Made by a program: the position numbers and the translations under genes. DNA of 38,191 nucleotides from a virus (taxonomy: Duplodnaviria; Heunggongvirae; Uroviricota; Caudoviricetes): the IMG/VR virus record IMGVR_UViG_2778261499_000008, positions 1 to 38,191 of that record; one strand, given 5' to 3'. The first letter of the stretch is position 1; every line of letters starts with the position of its first letter. The notes below the pieces were generated by a model. That model was given only the letters and a program-made list of their open reading frames with translations. It was not told the DNA's origin and did not search any database. Positions 18,063 to 26,008 of this stretch are shown here, one piece after another.

Positions 18063-18694
18063 AGAGGACTCCCGGTTGTGCCGCCGCTGTCGCCGGGGTG
18101 TTTATGGGTATGCAGTACCTTACCGTTTGATGAGAGTTCACCGCCGGTGTGTTCAATGTTGCCGCGCATCGTCCCGCCCTTCTGCACTTCCAGCGTGCCG
18201 GTAATCAGCCTGTTGGTGCAGACCACCTCCGGTGTGTCCAGGGTGATGCGGGTTGACGCTTTCACCATGACCACCGGCACCGTGGCAGTAACAGAATCAG
18301 AAGCCGTCACGCTGGCCGTTTTAATTCCGCTTACCGTGAGTGCACTGGTTTCGGGTTCATACTCAATCACCGCCCCGTCAGGGAAACGGATATGCAGGGC
18401 ATCCGCCGACGCAGACGGCGCGGGGTTATCGCCGGAATAAATCCCCGGCAGAACAAACGCCGTGTCAAGTTCACCGCCCACGGCCAGAATCAGCACCTGC
18501 TCTCCCACGGAAGGTGCCCACCATGTGCGCGAACGCCCGGCACGACAGGTCAGCCACTGAAGCCAGTCGGTGCACATGCCGCCGGTCTGCACACGGCAGC
18601 GACCGGCGTTAAGGTCGGTTTCGACGACAAGGCCGGTGCGAATCATGTTGCGCAGTGCGCGCGCGAGTTCCTGAATATTTGCGAGAGTGTTCAT
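18059..18694 (-). CDS. V: Baseplate spike/assembly protein gpV
   Basis: Product MNTLANIQELARALRNMIRTG... (211 aa) after trimming the ORF-track TTG-initiated extension (18712) to the first ATG; matches P2 gpV. Confidence 0.85.
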   Translation of the reverse strand: MNTLANIQELARALRNMIRTGLVVETDLNAGRCRVQTGGMCTDWLQWLTCRAGRSRTWWAPSVGEQVLILAVGGELDTAFVLPGIYSGDNPAPSASADALHIRFPDGAVIEYEPETSALTVSGIKTASVTASDSVTATVPVVMVKASTRITLDTPEVVCTNRLITGTLEVQKGGTMRGNIEHTGGELSSNGKVLHTHKHPGDSGGTTGSPL

Positions 18695-18777
18695 GCATGT
18701 GAGATTGCACAATATATAAAAGTTATGCTATCTGGATTCATTTGTAGAACTACCAGACAACATTCAAGGAGAGCGTA

Positions 18778-19563
18778 ATGGTCAGCTATAATGTGACTAA
18801 TGTGTGGGGGCTAATCGTTTTTTTCCTTTGTAGCTTTGCAGTATTAGCATTTTTTAGCTTTGGTAAAAGTAACCTTATGAGGCTTATTGCACATTATTTC
18901 AATTTTGGATATTCAGACAAAAAATTAAAAAGACTTGACCGCGAGTGGCGCGACATTCAACTATTTAAAATAATTAACGGAATCAATGTATCAGGCATTG
19001 AAAATGTGAGAATGATACAGCAGGGACTGATTGATGGAAAACTAAAAACATCGTATTTTTTCCTTACTCGCATCTGGGGTGACATAACAAAACCACCACA
19101 CATAATTAAAACAATAATTGTAATTCTGGCCAGTATTATTTATATTCTCTTCGCATGTTATATACACAACAAACAATCCGCTATAGTAAGAGATGCCATA
19201 GGCATACCATATAAAAATATGATGTACTATGTTTATAGTGACAAAGTTCTTTTATCCTTCAAAAATAAAGCAGTTGAATTTAATAAAACTTATAGCCTTG
19301 CCGATTGCAAGAGACTGCAAAACGTATTTATAAAAGACACACTTCCTGAAATCGCCTGCAATAAGCTCTTACAGCTAAACGAGGAGGACTCCGAATGGTT
19401 AAGCCAGGAGATTAAAGATAATAACAGTCACAAAAAAGCATTATTAATACTATCCCTCGTCTATTTCACTTCAGGTCTGGTTATATTCCTGTCATATACA
19501 AAATTCTTTTACGCCAATAAGAAGGTTTTAGAATACAAAGCATCAAATAAAAATCACTCATAA
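18778..19563 (+). CDS. Hypothetical membrane protein (moron), three predicted TM segments, unknown function
   Basis: 261 aa; very AT-rich gene on the opposite strand to the flanking late genes V and S; AAGGAG RBS 7 nt upstream of ATG; hydrophobic stretches near residues 9-29, 110-130 and 221-241; I recognise no family. Confidence 0.6.
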   Translation: MVSYNVTNVWGLIVFFLCSFAVLAFFSFGKSNLMRLIAHYFNFGYSDKKLKRLDREWRDIQLFKIINGINVSGIENVRMIQQGLIDGKLKTSYFFLTRIWGDITKPPHIIKTIIVILASIIYILFACYIHNKQSAIVRDAIGIPYKNMMYYVYSDKVLLSFKNKAVEFNKTYSLADCKRLQNVFIKDTLPEIACNKLLQLNEEDSEWLSQEIKDNNSHKKALLILSLVYFTSGLVIFLSYTKFFYANKKVLEYKASNKNHS

Positions 19564-19569
19564 ACCTCT

Positions 19570-19604
19570 AAACATTGAGCGACCAGCATGGCCGCTCAAT
19601 GTTT
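19570..19604. terminator. 12-bp perfect-stem hairpin between the moron and gene S (possible bidirectional terminator)
   Basis: AAACATTGAGCG-N11-CGCTCAATGTTT, ending in TTT followed by AATT, directly after the moron stop codon and after the S stop on the other strand. Confidence 0.5.
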
Positions 19605-19634
19605 AATTGCGCATCAGCCTCTGTCTGGATAAAA

Positions 19635-20087
19635 CTAACGCTCAAGGTGAGCCAGGATAATCTCTTCAATCATCTGCACATCCTCACCGGTAAAGCCGAG
19701 CAGAGGACGCGCCGGATAATCAATTTTCTTACCGTCTTTCCGGTTTTCTTCCGACAGACCGAACTGATGCACACTGGCGATTTTCGGCGACTTCCCGCCG
19801 TAAAATTCCATTGATGCCTGCTCCGGGCTGGCGCGGATATGCAAAAAACGACTGGTAATAAGTTTCGCAAACATTTTTCGCTTAACACGACCAGTCTTTT
19901 TTCTGGCGCTCTGCTGCTGGCGTGGCGCGTAGGGTGTGCCGTCCGGGGCTTTCTGTGCCATCACCCGACGCTGCTGACTCTGTCGCAGACGTTTTGCCAG
20001 TTCGGCACTCAGTCGCCGACGCCCTGACGGTGACAGCGACTCAATCAGTCCGGTCAGCCGGTCTTCAAAACGCTTAAACTCATTCAT
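19635..20087 (-). CDS. S: Tail completion protein gpS
   Basis: 150 aa, recognisably P2 gpS (MNEFKRFEDRLTGLIESLSP...). Confidence 0.9.
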   Translation of the reverse strand: MNEFKRFEDRLTGLIESLSPSGRRRLSAELAKRLRQSQQRRVMAQKAPDGTPYAPRQQQSARKKTGRVKRKMFAKLITSRFLHIRASPEQASMEFYGGKSPKIASVHQFGLSEENRKDGKKIDYPARPLLGFTGEDVQMIEEIILAHLER

Positions 20088-20547
20088 CCCACTTGCTCAC
20101 CAGTTCACCATTGATATAAAGCTCCACCGGGCGGGTGACCGGCTCCGGCGGCGGAGGTTCCGGGATATTCTTCACATGCAGTGCGCCGTCCACCTCACTG
20201 ACCAGCGTGCGCTCGGTCAGCATCAGACTGATGCTGATATCAAAGCTGCTGTCATTGTTGATGTCTGCATAAAACGTGAAGCCCTTTTTCTGGCCTGCGT
20301 CGGTGGTCATGATGTCTGGCTGATTTTCCCGCAGCCACGCCAGCACCGGCACGATGAGCAGGTCAAAATCACCGGTAAAGTCGGTCACAATCACGTTGAG
20401 CGTGTAACGCTTTTCGAATGACAGCGACGTCGCCAGTGTGGAGGCAATACTCCCGTTATCCACGAATATCCGCAGCATCTCGGGACTGGTTTTCAGCACC
20501 GTGACGGCATCAGTCAGCGCCCTGCGCAGGCTGTCGGGTTTGAGCAT
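20080..20547 (-). CDS. R: Tail completion protein gpR
   Basis: 155 aa, P2 gpR length and position; overlaps S start. Confidence 0.88.
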   Translation of the reverse strand: MLKPDSLRRALTDAVTVLKTSPEMLRIFVDNGSIASTLATSLSFEKRYTLNVIVTDFTGDFDLLIVPVLAWLRENQPDIMTTDAGQKKGFTFYADINNDSSFDISISLMLTERTLVSEVDGALHVKNIPEPPPPEPVTRPVELYINGELVSKWDE

Positions 20548-20800
20548 CGTTTTCGTCCTGACAGTGTTTAATCATTTTTACCTGGCTGGCACAGCGTGCC
20601 AGCGCGTTCTCAAGCTGTCGGATATCGGCACTTAAATCGCCGTTCGTCTCCGGGTCACTGCCCGGCATCGGGCAAAGGCTCACTTTCGGGCAGGCGTTGG
20701 CGACAATCACTGGCGTCGGTGCAGGCCGGGCGCTGGTGCAACCGGCGCACAGCATCAGGCAGGCCAGCGCCGTACCAGCGGCGAAAATCTTCGTTTTCAT
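20510..20800 (-). CDS. lysC: LysC, Rz1-like outer-membrane lipoprotein spanin component, embedded out of frame in lysB
   Basis: 96 aa; signal peptide with lipobox-like ...LMLCAGC; starts inside lysB in another frame and extends past the lysB stop into R, as in P2. Confidence 0.75.
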   Translation of the reverse strand: MKTKIFAAGTALACLMLCAGCTSARPAPTPVIVANACPKVSLCPMPGSDPETNGDLSADIRQLENALARCASQVKMIKHCQDENDAQTRQPAQGAD

Positions 20801-21080
20801 TCAGTAACCTCGTGATGGTTTTCTCGCGCTGTGCTTCACGCTTCGCCGCGTTCTCCAGTTCCTGACGCAGTGCCACCTGCGCCAGCTCGTTTTTGTCTGC
20901 TCTGGTGAGGGCAACATGAAGCTGATTTTTCAGCATGGTGATGGTCGTCTGCTGCCCGTTGGCGACGTTGTTCGCCCTGTCCAGCGAGGTGCGCAGGCTG
21001 GCGTTTTCATGCTTCGCCAGAAACAGACCGGCCACCGCCAGTGATAACAACACAACCAGCACAATCATCAGCTTTGACAT
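20655..21080 (-). CDS. lysB: LysB, Rz-like inner-membrane spanin component
   Basis: 141 aa, N-terminal TM helix followed by coiled-coil region; P2 LysB length and position. Confidence 0.8.
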   Translation of the reverse strand: MSKLMIVLVVLLSLAVAGLFLAKHENASLRTSLDRANNVANGQQTTITMLKNQLHVALTRADKNELAQVALRQELENAAKREAQREKTITRLLNENEDFRRWYGAGLPDAVRRLHQRPACTDASDCRQRLPESEPLPDAGQ

Positions 21081-21493
21081 GGTTCCCGCCCCTCAAAACG
21101 CTGACGACAGGCCGTGCGTATCAGCCGGAAAAACAGCGACGCCACGAGATAAATCAGCACGGTAAAAATCCACCCGGCAGCGACCAGCGCGATAAACGTC
21201 GCCACCATCACCACCAGAGCCGCCGCCCGTCTGCGCCACGGCACCGGCTGCAAAAACAGCGCCGTGACAATCTTCACGGCCAGCGATTCCGGCGGCAGCT
21301 CCCGCCCGTAGCGTTCCAGCACATACTCAGTGGCATACACGCCGACACCACCGGCAACCACACAGATAACCGTCGCCAGAATCGCCCAGGCAGCGACAAA
21401 ATTGACGGCCACGCTCTGCGGGTAAATCAGTGACAGTGCCAGCATCAGCGCCAGCGACACGTTCAGCATCAGTGAAAGGGATAATTTCTTCAT
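21068..21493 (-). CDS. lysA: LysA, lysis timing/antiholin-like membrane protein
   Basis: 141 aa multi-TM protein between K and lysB; P2 LysA length. Confidence 0.8.
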   Translation of the reverse strand: MKKLSLSLMLNVSLALMLALSLIYPQSVAVNFVAAWAILATVICVVAGGVGVYATEYVLERYGRELPPESLAVKIVTALFLQPVPWRRRAAALVVMVATFIALVAAGWIFTVLIYLVASLFFRLIRTACRQRFEGREPCQS

Positions 21494-21507
21494 GGTGTTT
21501 ACTCCGT

Positions 21508-22005
21508 TTAAGCCGGTACGCCGCCAGCGGTACGCCAGACGGTGACCAGTTTTTCCAGTGAATGCTCACGCTGACCGTAACCGGCTCCCGGCAGGGACGC
21601 CCAGATATTGCGACAGCGTGAAATGGCGCGCTCAATGCGTCCCGCCCGGATGTCATCCAGTGCACCGCGTTCGCGGATCAACTGAATGGCAAGTCTGTCC
21701 TGTGACAACGGACTGAAATCCGGCAGGGCAAGCTGTTTGCGGTAATGCGGCCAGAACAGGTAAAGCTGCTGATAGCGACCGGAGGCCGTGGATTTTTCAC
21801 CGCGACGGTTAAACACCTTCGCCGGTCGGCCATGTGCGAACGGGTGGTCACTGTAGTCGGTGAAAATTTCCGGCTTCCCGTCCAGTCCGGTGACTATCAC
21901 GTCATAGCCCCGGTTTTTCGTCAGCGGATGGTTTGCCGTCCCTTCGGACTCGGCCAGCATGTCGAGAAAGGCGGCGATATTCTGATGCGTGTTAATAACC
22001 GGCAT
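21508..22005 (-). CDS. K: Endolysin gpK (lysozyme-like)
   Basis: 165 aa, P2 gpK length and position after holin Y. Confidence 0.88.
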   Translation of the reverse strand: MPVINTHQNIAAFLDMLAESEGTANHPLTKNRGYDVIVTGLDGKPEIFTDYSDHPFAHGRPAKVFNRRGEKSTASGRYQQLYLFWPHYRKQLALPDFSPLSQDRLAIQLIRERGALDDIRAGRIERAISRCRNIWASLPGAGYGQREHSLEKLVTVWRTAGGVPA

Positions 22006-22286
22006 TACGGTTTCCCCCTGCCCTTAAAGCGGCGCTGAATGGCAATCTCAATCACCTGATAACCGGCGATACCCAGCATGGAGCCGATACCGCACACCGC
22101 AGGCAGTGACAGGTCAGGAAACTGCACCAGAACAACACCGGCAACCATCGAGACAAAACCACCGAGCAACATGCGCCCGATAAACAGACGCGGGGTGATG
22201 GGTTCACCACCGGCAAGCACCTTGCCGACAACAATCAGCACCCCAATCATGAAAAGCGACAGGACGCTTTTTTCTTCTGCTGTCAT
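22005..22286 (-). CDS. Y: Holin gpY
   Basis: 93 aa with hydrophobic TM segments and charged C-terminus (RRFKGRGKP); P2 Y length. Confidence 0.88.
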   Translation of the reverse strand: MTAEEKSVLSLFMIGVLIVVGKVLAGGEPITPRLFIGRMLLGGFVSMVAGVVLVQFPDLSLPAVCGIGSMLGIAGYQVIEIAIQRRFKGRGKP

Positions 22287-22289
22287 GCG

Positions 22290-22493
22290 TTACTCCCACA
22301 GATTGACAGTTTCAGCCACGGGCGCGGTCTGAACGTCGGGCAGTTCGACGGCGGTGCCGTGTGGCAGCACCGCACCCAGTTCAGCCAGTCCCGGATTTGC
22401 GGCGAGAACGGCTTCGACCACGCCCTCAGTGCGCCCGTAATACCGGACACAAATGGCGTCGAGCGTGTCGCCCTGTAGCGCAAAGGTCTTCAT
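22290..22493 (-). CDS. X: Tail protein gpX (LysM-like)
   Basis: 67-aa product MKTFALQGDTLDAICVRYYGRTEG... after trimming the ORF-track extension; start overlaps L stop in a TGATG arrangement. Confidence 0.85.
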   Translation of the reverse strand: MKTFALQGDTLDAICVRYYGRTEGVVEAVLAANPGLAELGAVLPHGTAVELPDVQTAPVAETVNLWE

Positions 22494-23002
22494 CAGATTT
22501 GACTCACGATGCAGCGCGGCTTGTCCTGGATACGCGCCACCGCCCAGCGCATATCCCGCCACAGTTCATCAATGGTGCTGTCAATGCTGTCAGCCTTCTT
22601 GTCGCCTTTCGCACTGGCATCCACGCCGCGATAACGCTCATAAAGCGACGCGGTCGCCATCGCACACACGGCGCGCTCGTAGTAAAAAACTTTGATGCTT
22701 TCACCGTCGATGTCGTCCGCCGGGACGTCCGCCAGACGCGTAAAACCGGCGGCAATTTTCTGTTCGCGGTACTCGTACAGCTCCGCATTCGTCTCCGCCA
22801 TGCCTGACTTGATGGCCTCACGCAGACGGGCGGGGGCGACGGTCTGCTCAAGGCGCATACGTTCCCGGACGCGCTTCGGGTCGATATCGGGAAAAAAGAA
22901 CGTGTTTTTAATCACCGGCTCGTCGCCTGCCGGTTGCGGGATGACCACCGTACCCTCACCGGACACGGGAGCCTCCTTTCGCGGAATAATCAGCGTCATC
23001 AT
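22493..23002 (-). CDS. L: Head completion/stabilisation protein gpL
   Basis: 169-aa product starting MMTLIIPRKEAP... after trimming the ORF-track N-terminal extension; P2 gpL length. Confidence 0.85.
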   Translation of the reverse strand: MMTLIIPRKEAPVSGEGTVVIPQPAGDEPVIKNTFFFPDIDPKRVRERMRLEQTVAPARLREAIKSGMAETNAELYEYREQKIAAGFTRLADVPADDIDGESIKVFYYERAVCAMATASLYERYRGVDASAKGDKKADSIDSTIDELWRDMRWAVARIQDKPRCIVSQI

Positions 23003-23101
23003 GACTACCTCTGAAAAGTCGGGCGGTGGACGCCGGTGCAGTGTCAGGTGATTCACCCTCACTGACCGGCGTGCCGCCCTGGCGCGGGGCGCATTCGGTT
23101 G

Positions 23102-23845
23102 TTAACTGGCTTTCTTTTTCGGGCGTCCACGTTTTGCCGGTGTCACGCTCCGGGTCTTACGCGGGGTACGGGTGGCCGCTTTTGGCTGCGGCTCCGGCTT
23201 CGGTTTCAGCTCCCGCTCCAGTCGTTCAATCTCTTTTTTGACGCCTGCCTGACAGTCGAGCTGTGTCGCACGTTGCAGGTGCGCCAGCGCACCGGCGGCA
23301 TCACCACCGTCACGCAGAAACAGACCGGTGATTTTGTGCAGCTTTGCGCGCACTTCATCAGGCATGTCAGCAGCAGCGGTCAGTTCAAGGGTGTCCGTCA
23401 GCAGTCGGATATCCACGGATTCACCGGCAGCGTGAGCGCGCATGGCCGCAAGCGCCACCTCCTCGGTGAACATGTACGGCGGGGTGCGGCGGTGTTTACC
23501 CGGCATGGTCAGCCCGTACTTCAGGGCATAACGGGCAATCTCCAGCGCACCGGCAATATCGCCGGTATCCAGACGCCACAGCATGACCGTCATCAGAATG
23601 TCATCCTGTGCACCTTTGCCCTGCTCCAGCACGCCGTTCACCCACGGCAACCAGAACGGCAGCAGTTCGCGTTTTTTTGCGGCCTTCAGCTCTTTTGAAT
23701 AAATCGCTTTCAGTGTGCGCTGGTCTGCGGCCAGCTTGACCAGCATCTGCTCATAGACAGTTGCATGTCGCAACGGGGCGGCTTCCCGCTGCGCGGTCAT
23801 CGCTGCCGAGACCCGCATCATGTGGCGCTGTGCGGGACTCGTCAT
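23102..23845 (-). CDS. M: Terminase endonuclease (small) subunit gpM
   Basis: 247 aa, basic C-terminal tail (KRGRPKKKAS), P2 gpM length and position. Confidence 0.88.
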   Translation of the reverse strand: MTSPAQRHMMRVSAAMTAQREAAPLRHATVYEQMLVKLAADQRTLKAIYSKELKAAKKRELLPFWLPWVNGVLEQGKGAQDDILMTVMLWRLDTGDIAGALEIARYALKYGLTMPGKHRRTPPYMFTEEVALAAMRAHAAGESVDIRLLTDTLELTAAADMPDEVRAKLHKITGLFLRDGGDAAGALAHLQRATQLDCQAGVKKEIERLERELKPKPEPQPKAATRTPRKTRSVTPAKRGRPKKKAS

Positions 23846-23848
23846 CGG

Positions 23849-24922
23849 TTACGCTCCCGGCTCTGCGGTCGCTTTAGCCGGTGTGGAGAAATCACCGACC
23901 TTAATTTTTTCCACCAGACAACCGGCGGCGTAGTCTTCCACCACGTAATCAATGTTCATTGACTCGTAGTTCTCCACGCGGTCGAGTTTCGGGTTTTCCA
24001 CAATTACGCGGCGATGGCTGTCATCCATGTAGTAGATGGACAGGTTTTCCAGCTTCGTGATGAGCATCGCATCCGCCGGGAAGTACGGGACGCGCACCGC
24101 CGGCAGGTTACCGATGCGTTTCTGGCTGATGATGACGTCAGCGGCCAGCATTTCGCTGTTGTCCTGCTCCCTGTTGACGATGGGGAAATACTTGTCCGCC
24201 AGTAGCTGGCGACCCACAATCACCACAAGGTCAGGGTCTTCCTGATACCACGGCTCAATCAGGTTGTTGGTCGCATCCATCACCAGTGCGTCAAGGCTGG
24301 CATAATCACCGCCCTTGCCCACGCGGATGACCTCAGAGGTCGTGTGACCTTCCTCGTCAGTAACCTTGCTCATCACGCGCGCCGGGGCTTCATTGCGGTA
24401 TTTCTGCAGCCAGCCGACCGCCACATCCTGCAGCATCGGATTGCTGCTGCGGTCAGAGGTTTCGGCACGCCTCACGCCGTTAAAACCGGCCATGATGAAA
24501 TCAAGGGACTGGCGTTTGATAATGGCGTTACGGACACGGAGCTGGAAATCCTGATAACGCGCCCACAGGTCCAGCGTTTTGTAGCGGATATAAAAATCGA
24601 AATTAATCTGGTCGCATTCGTACTTGTTTGACGCCAGCTTCGAGAAGTCCTTCGGCTGACGCTCGGTGCCACCGGCGGTGTCGGTGGTGCTGGCAATGGA
24701 GCCGGTGACACCAATACCAATTTTTTCCCCTTTCATTTCGCTGACCGGCACAATATTGATGCGGGTCAGAAAGTCAGAGGACTCCTGCATGGTGTTCATC
24801 AGGGTCTGAGTGACCGACGGTTCAACGGTGAATTTTTTCGACACATCACCGGCGTCGATGCCGTTCAGCTCGGCAACACGGGACAGGTAGGCATTAAATT
24901 TAAAGCGGGTTTCCTGGCGCAT
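23849..24922 (-). CDS. N: Major capsid protein gpN
   Basis: 357 aa, P2 gpN length and position. Confidence 0.9.
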   Translation of the reverse strand: MRQETRFKFNAYLSRVAELNGIDAGDVSKKFTVEPSVTQTLMNTMQESSDFLTRINIVPVSEMKGEKIGIGVTGSIASTTDTAGGTERQPKDFSKLASNKYECDQINFDFYIRYKTLDLWARYQDFQLRVRNAIIKRQSLDFIMAGFNGVRRAETSDRSSNPMLQDVAVGWLQKYRNEAPARVMSKVTDEEGHTTSEVIRVGKGGDYASLDALVMDATNNLIEPWYQEDPDLVVIVGRQLLADKYFPIVNREQDNSEMLAADVIISQKRIGNLPAVRVPYFPADAMLITKLENLSIYYMDDSHRRVIVENPKLDRVENYESMNIDYVVEDYAAGCLVEKIKVGDFSTPAKATAEPGA

Positions 24923-24980
24923 AGTTTTTCCTGAAATTAAGGGTTAATCGTGAAGGTTTTCCCGGACTGACTGACGCCGG

Positions 24981-25835
24981 TCAGCAGTTCGTCATCAGGG
25001 CGTCACCGCCACCGCCGGTGGCCTTGCTGCGGCGCTGCTGGGTCAGACTTTCGGTGTGGTCGAGACTGTTTTTCAGGCGGGTGAATGCCTGACTGGTTTC
25101 ATCCGCCCTGTCAGTCACATCCTGCTTAAGTGCGGAAAAGGCAGTTTCCATCTCAGCGAGGCGCTGCTCAGTGGCGCTCAGTTTTTCCTGCACATGTTCA
25201 GCGACAGCGGTCACCGCTTCATGCACGTCATTCAGACGGGCGTCATCGCTGGCCTGTTTGCGGCCAAAAATGGATTTCACCTTTTCGGTCAGGGCGGTGA
25301 ACACGGTTTCAGGCAGGTCTTCAAATTCCAGCTCAACGGGCGTTGCCACTGAAATCAGGTTTTCAGGGCTTAATTTGAAGCGGTTCAGAGGGTTGTGTTT
25401 TGCCGTGCGGCAGAATTCCAGGTATTCCGTACCGAGGCTTGCCGGGTCATCGGTGACGGCCAGACCCACCAGATAACATTTGCCGGTGTTGGCAAAGTTC
25501 GGCTGAATTTCCATTGAGGTGTAGACCTTCTGCGCGGCCTTGTTCATCGCGATAAGGTCATCGGTCGGGGTGATTTTCGCAAACAGCGCCCATTTGCCTT
25601 TCAGCGCCGAATCATCGTCAATCTTTTCGGCCTTCAGTTCGGCCACATCGCCATAACGTTTAAAAATACCGTCAGGCAGGATGCCGCGCAGATGTTCCAG
25701 GTTAATGCGGCAACCATAGACACGCGGGTCAAAGGTTTCGGCCATTTCCTGAATATCCTGCGCACTGATGACACGCCCGTCACAGGTGTCACCCTCAACG
25801 CCGATACGAAAGAATTTTGAGACTTTTTTTGCCAT
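24981..25835 (-). CDS. O: Capsid scaffolding protein gpO
   Basis: 284-aa product starting MAKKVSKFFRIGVEGDTCDGR... after trimming to internal Met; P2 gpO length. Confidence 0.88.
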   Translation of the reverse strand: MAKKVSKFFRIGVEGDTCDGRVISAQDIQEMAETFDPRVYGCRINLEHLRGILPDGIFKRYGDVAELKAEKIDDDSALKGKWALFAKITPTDDLIAMNKAAQKVYTSMEIQPNFANTGKCYLVGLAVTDDPASLGTEYLEFCRTAKHNPLNRFKLSPENLISVATPVELEFEDLPETVFTALTEKVKSIFGRKQASDDARLNDVHEAVTAVAEHVQEKLSATEQRLAEMETAFSALKQDVTDRADETSQAFTRLKNSLDHTESLTQQRRSKATGGGGDALMTNC

Positions 25836-26008
25836 TGTCAGGAGTCCTGAATAGTGATTAGAGGAGTCACATGTCGGCATCAGTTTCCCGACGATACGCA
25901 TCCTCCGCCATCAGTCCCGGATGGCTTATCACTGACACAACAGCACCTTAGCGAATCGCGGGGCGCGACTCAGTAGCCTTGCCGTGTATTCATCACGGCG
26001 AGGTATTC
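25836..26008. promoter_or_regulatory. Divergent late-promoter region between O and P (expected Ogr-dependent PO and PP promoters)
   Basis: Inferred from P2 organisation (O and P divergently transcribed from Ogr-activated late promoters). I could not confidently read a TGT-N12-ACA activator site by eye. Confidence 0.4.

Noticed and set aside
18695-18712. ORF-track N-terminal extensions of V (and similarly ogr, X, L, O, P, orf80, orf78, int)
   Set aside because: The track uses the most upstream ATG/GTG/TTG; internal starts reproduce the known P2 protein lengths and N-termini, so the extensions are treated as artefacts.
21041-23698. Arg/His-rich plus-strand ORFs (for example 21041..21433, 22361..22807, 23099..23698) antisense to the lysis, X, L and M genes
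   Set aside because: Composition typical of reverse-strand reading of coding DNA; the minus-strand genes match P2 proteins with the correct lengths.
25836-26008. Explicit Ogr-binding TGT-N12-ACA late-promoter elements
   Set aside because: I could not find a convincing match by eye at the O/P, V or FI upstream regions; only the region is annotated, not the site.
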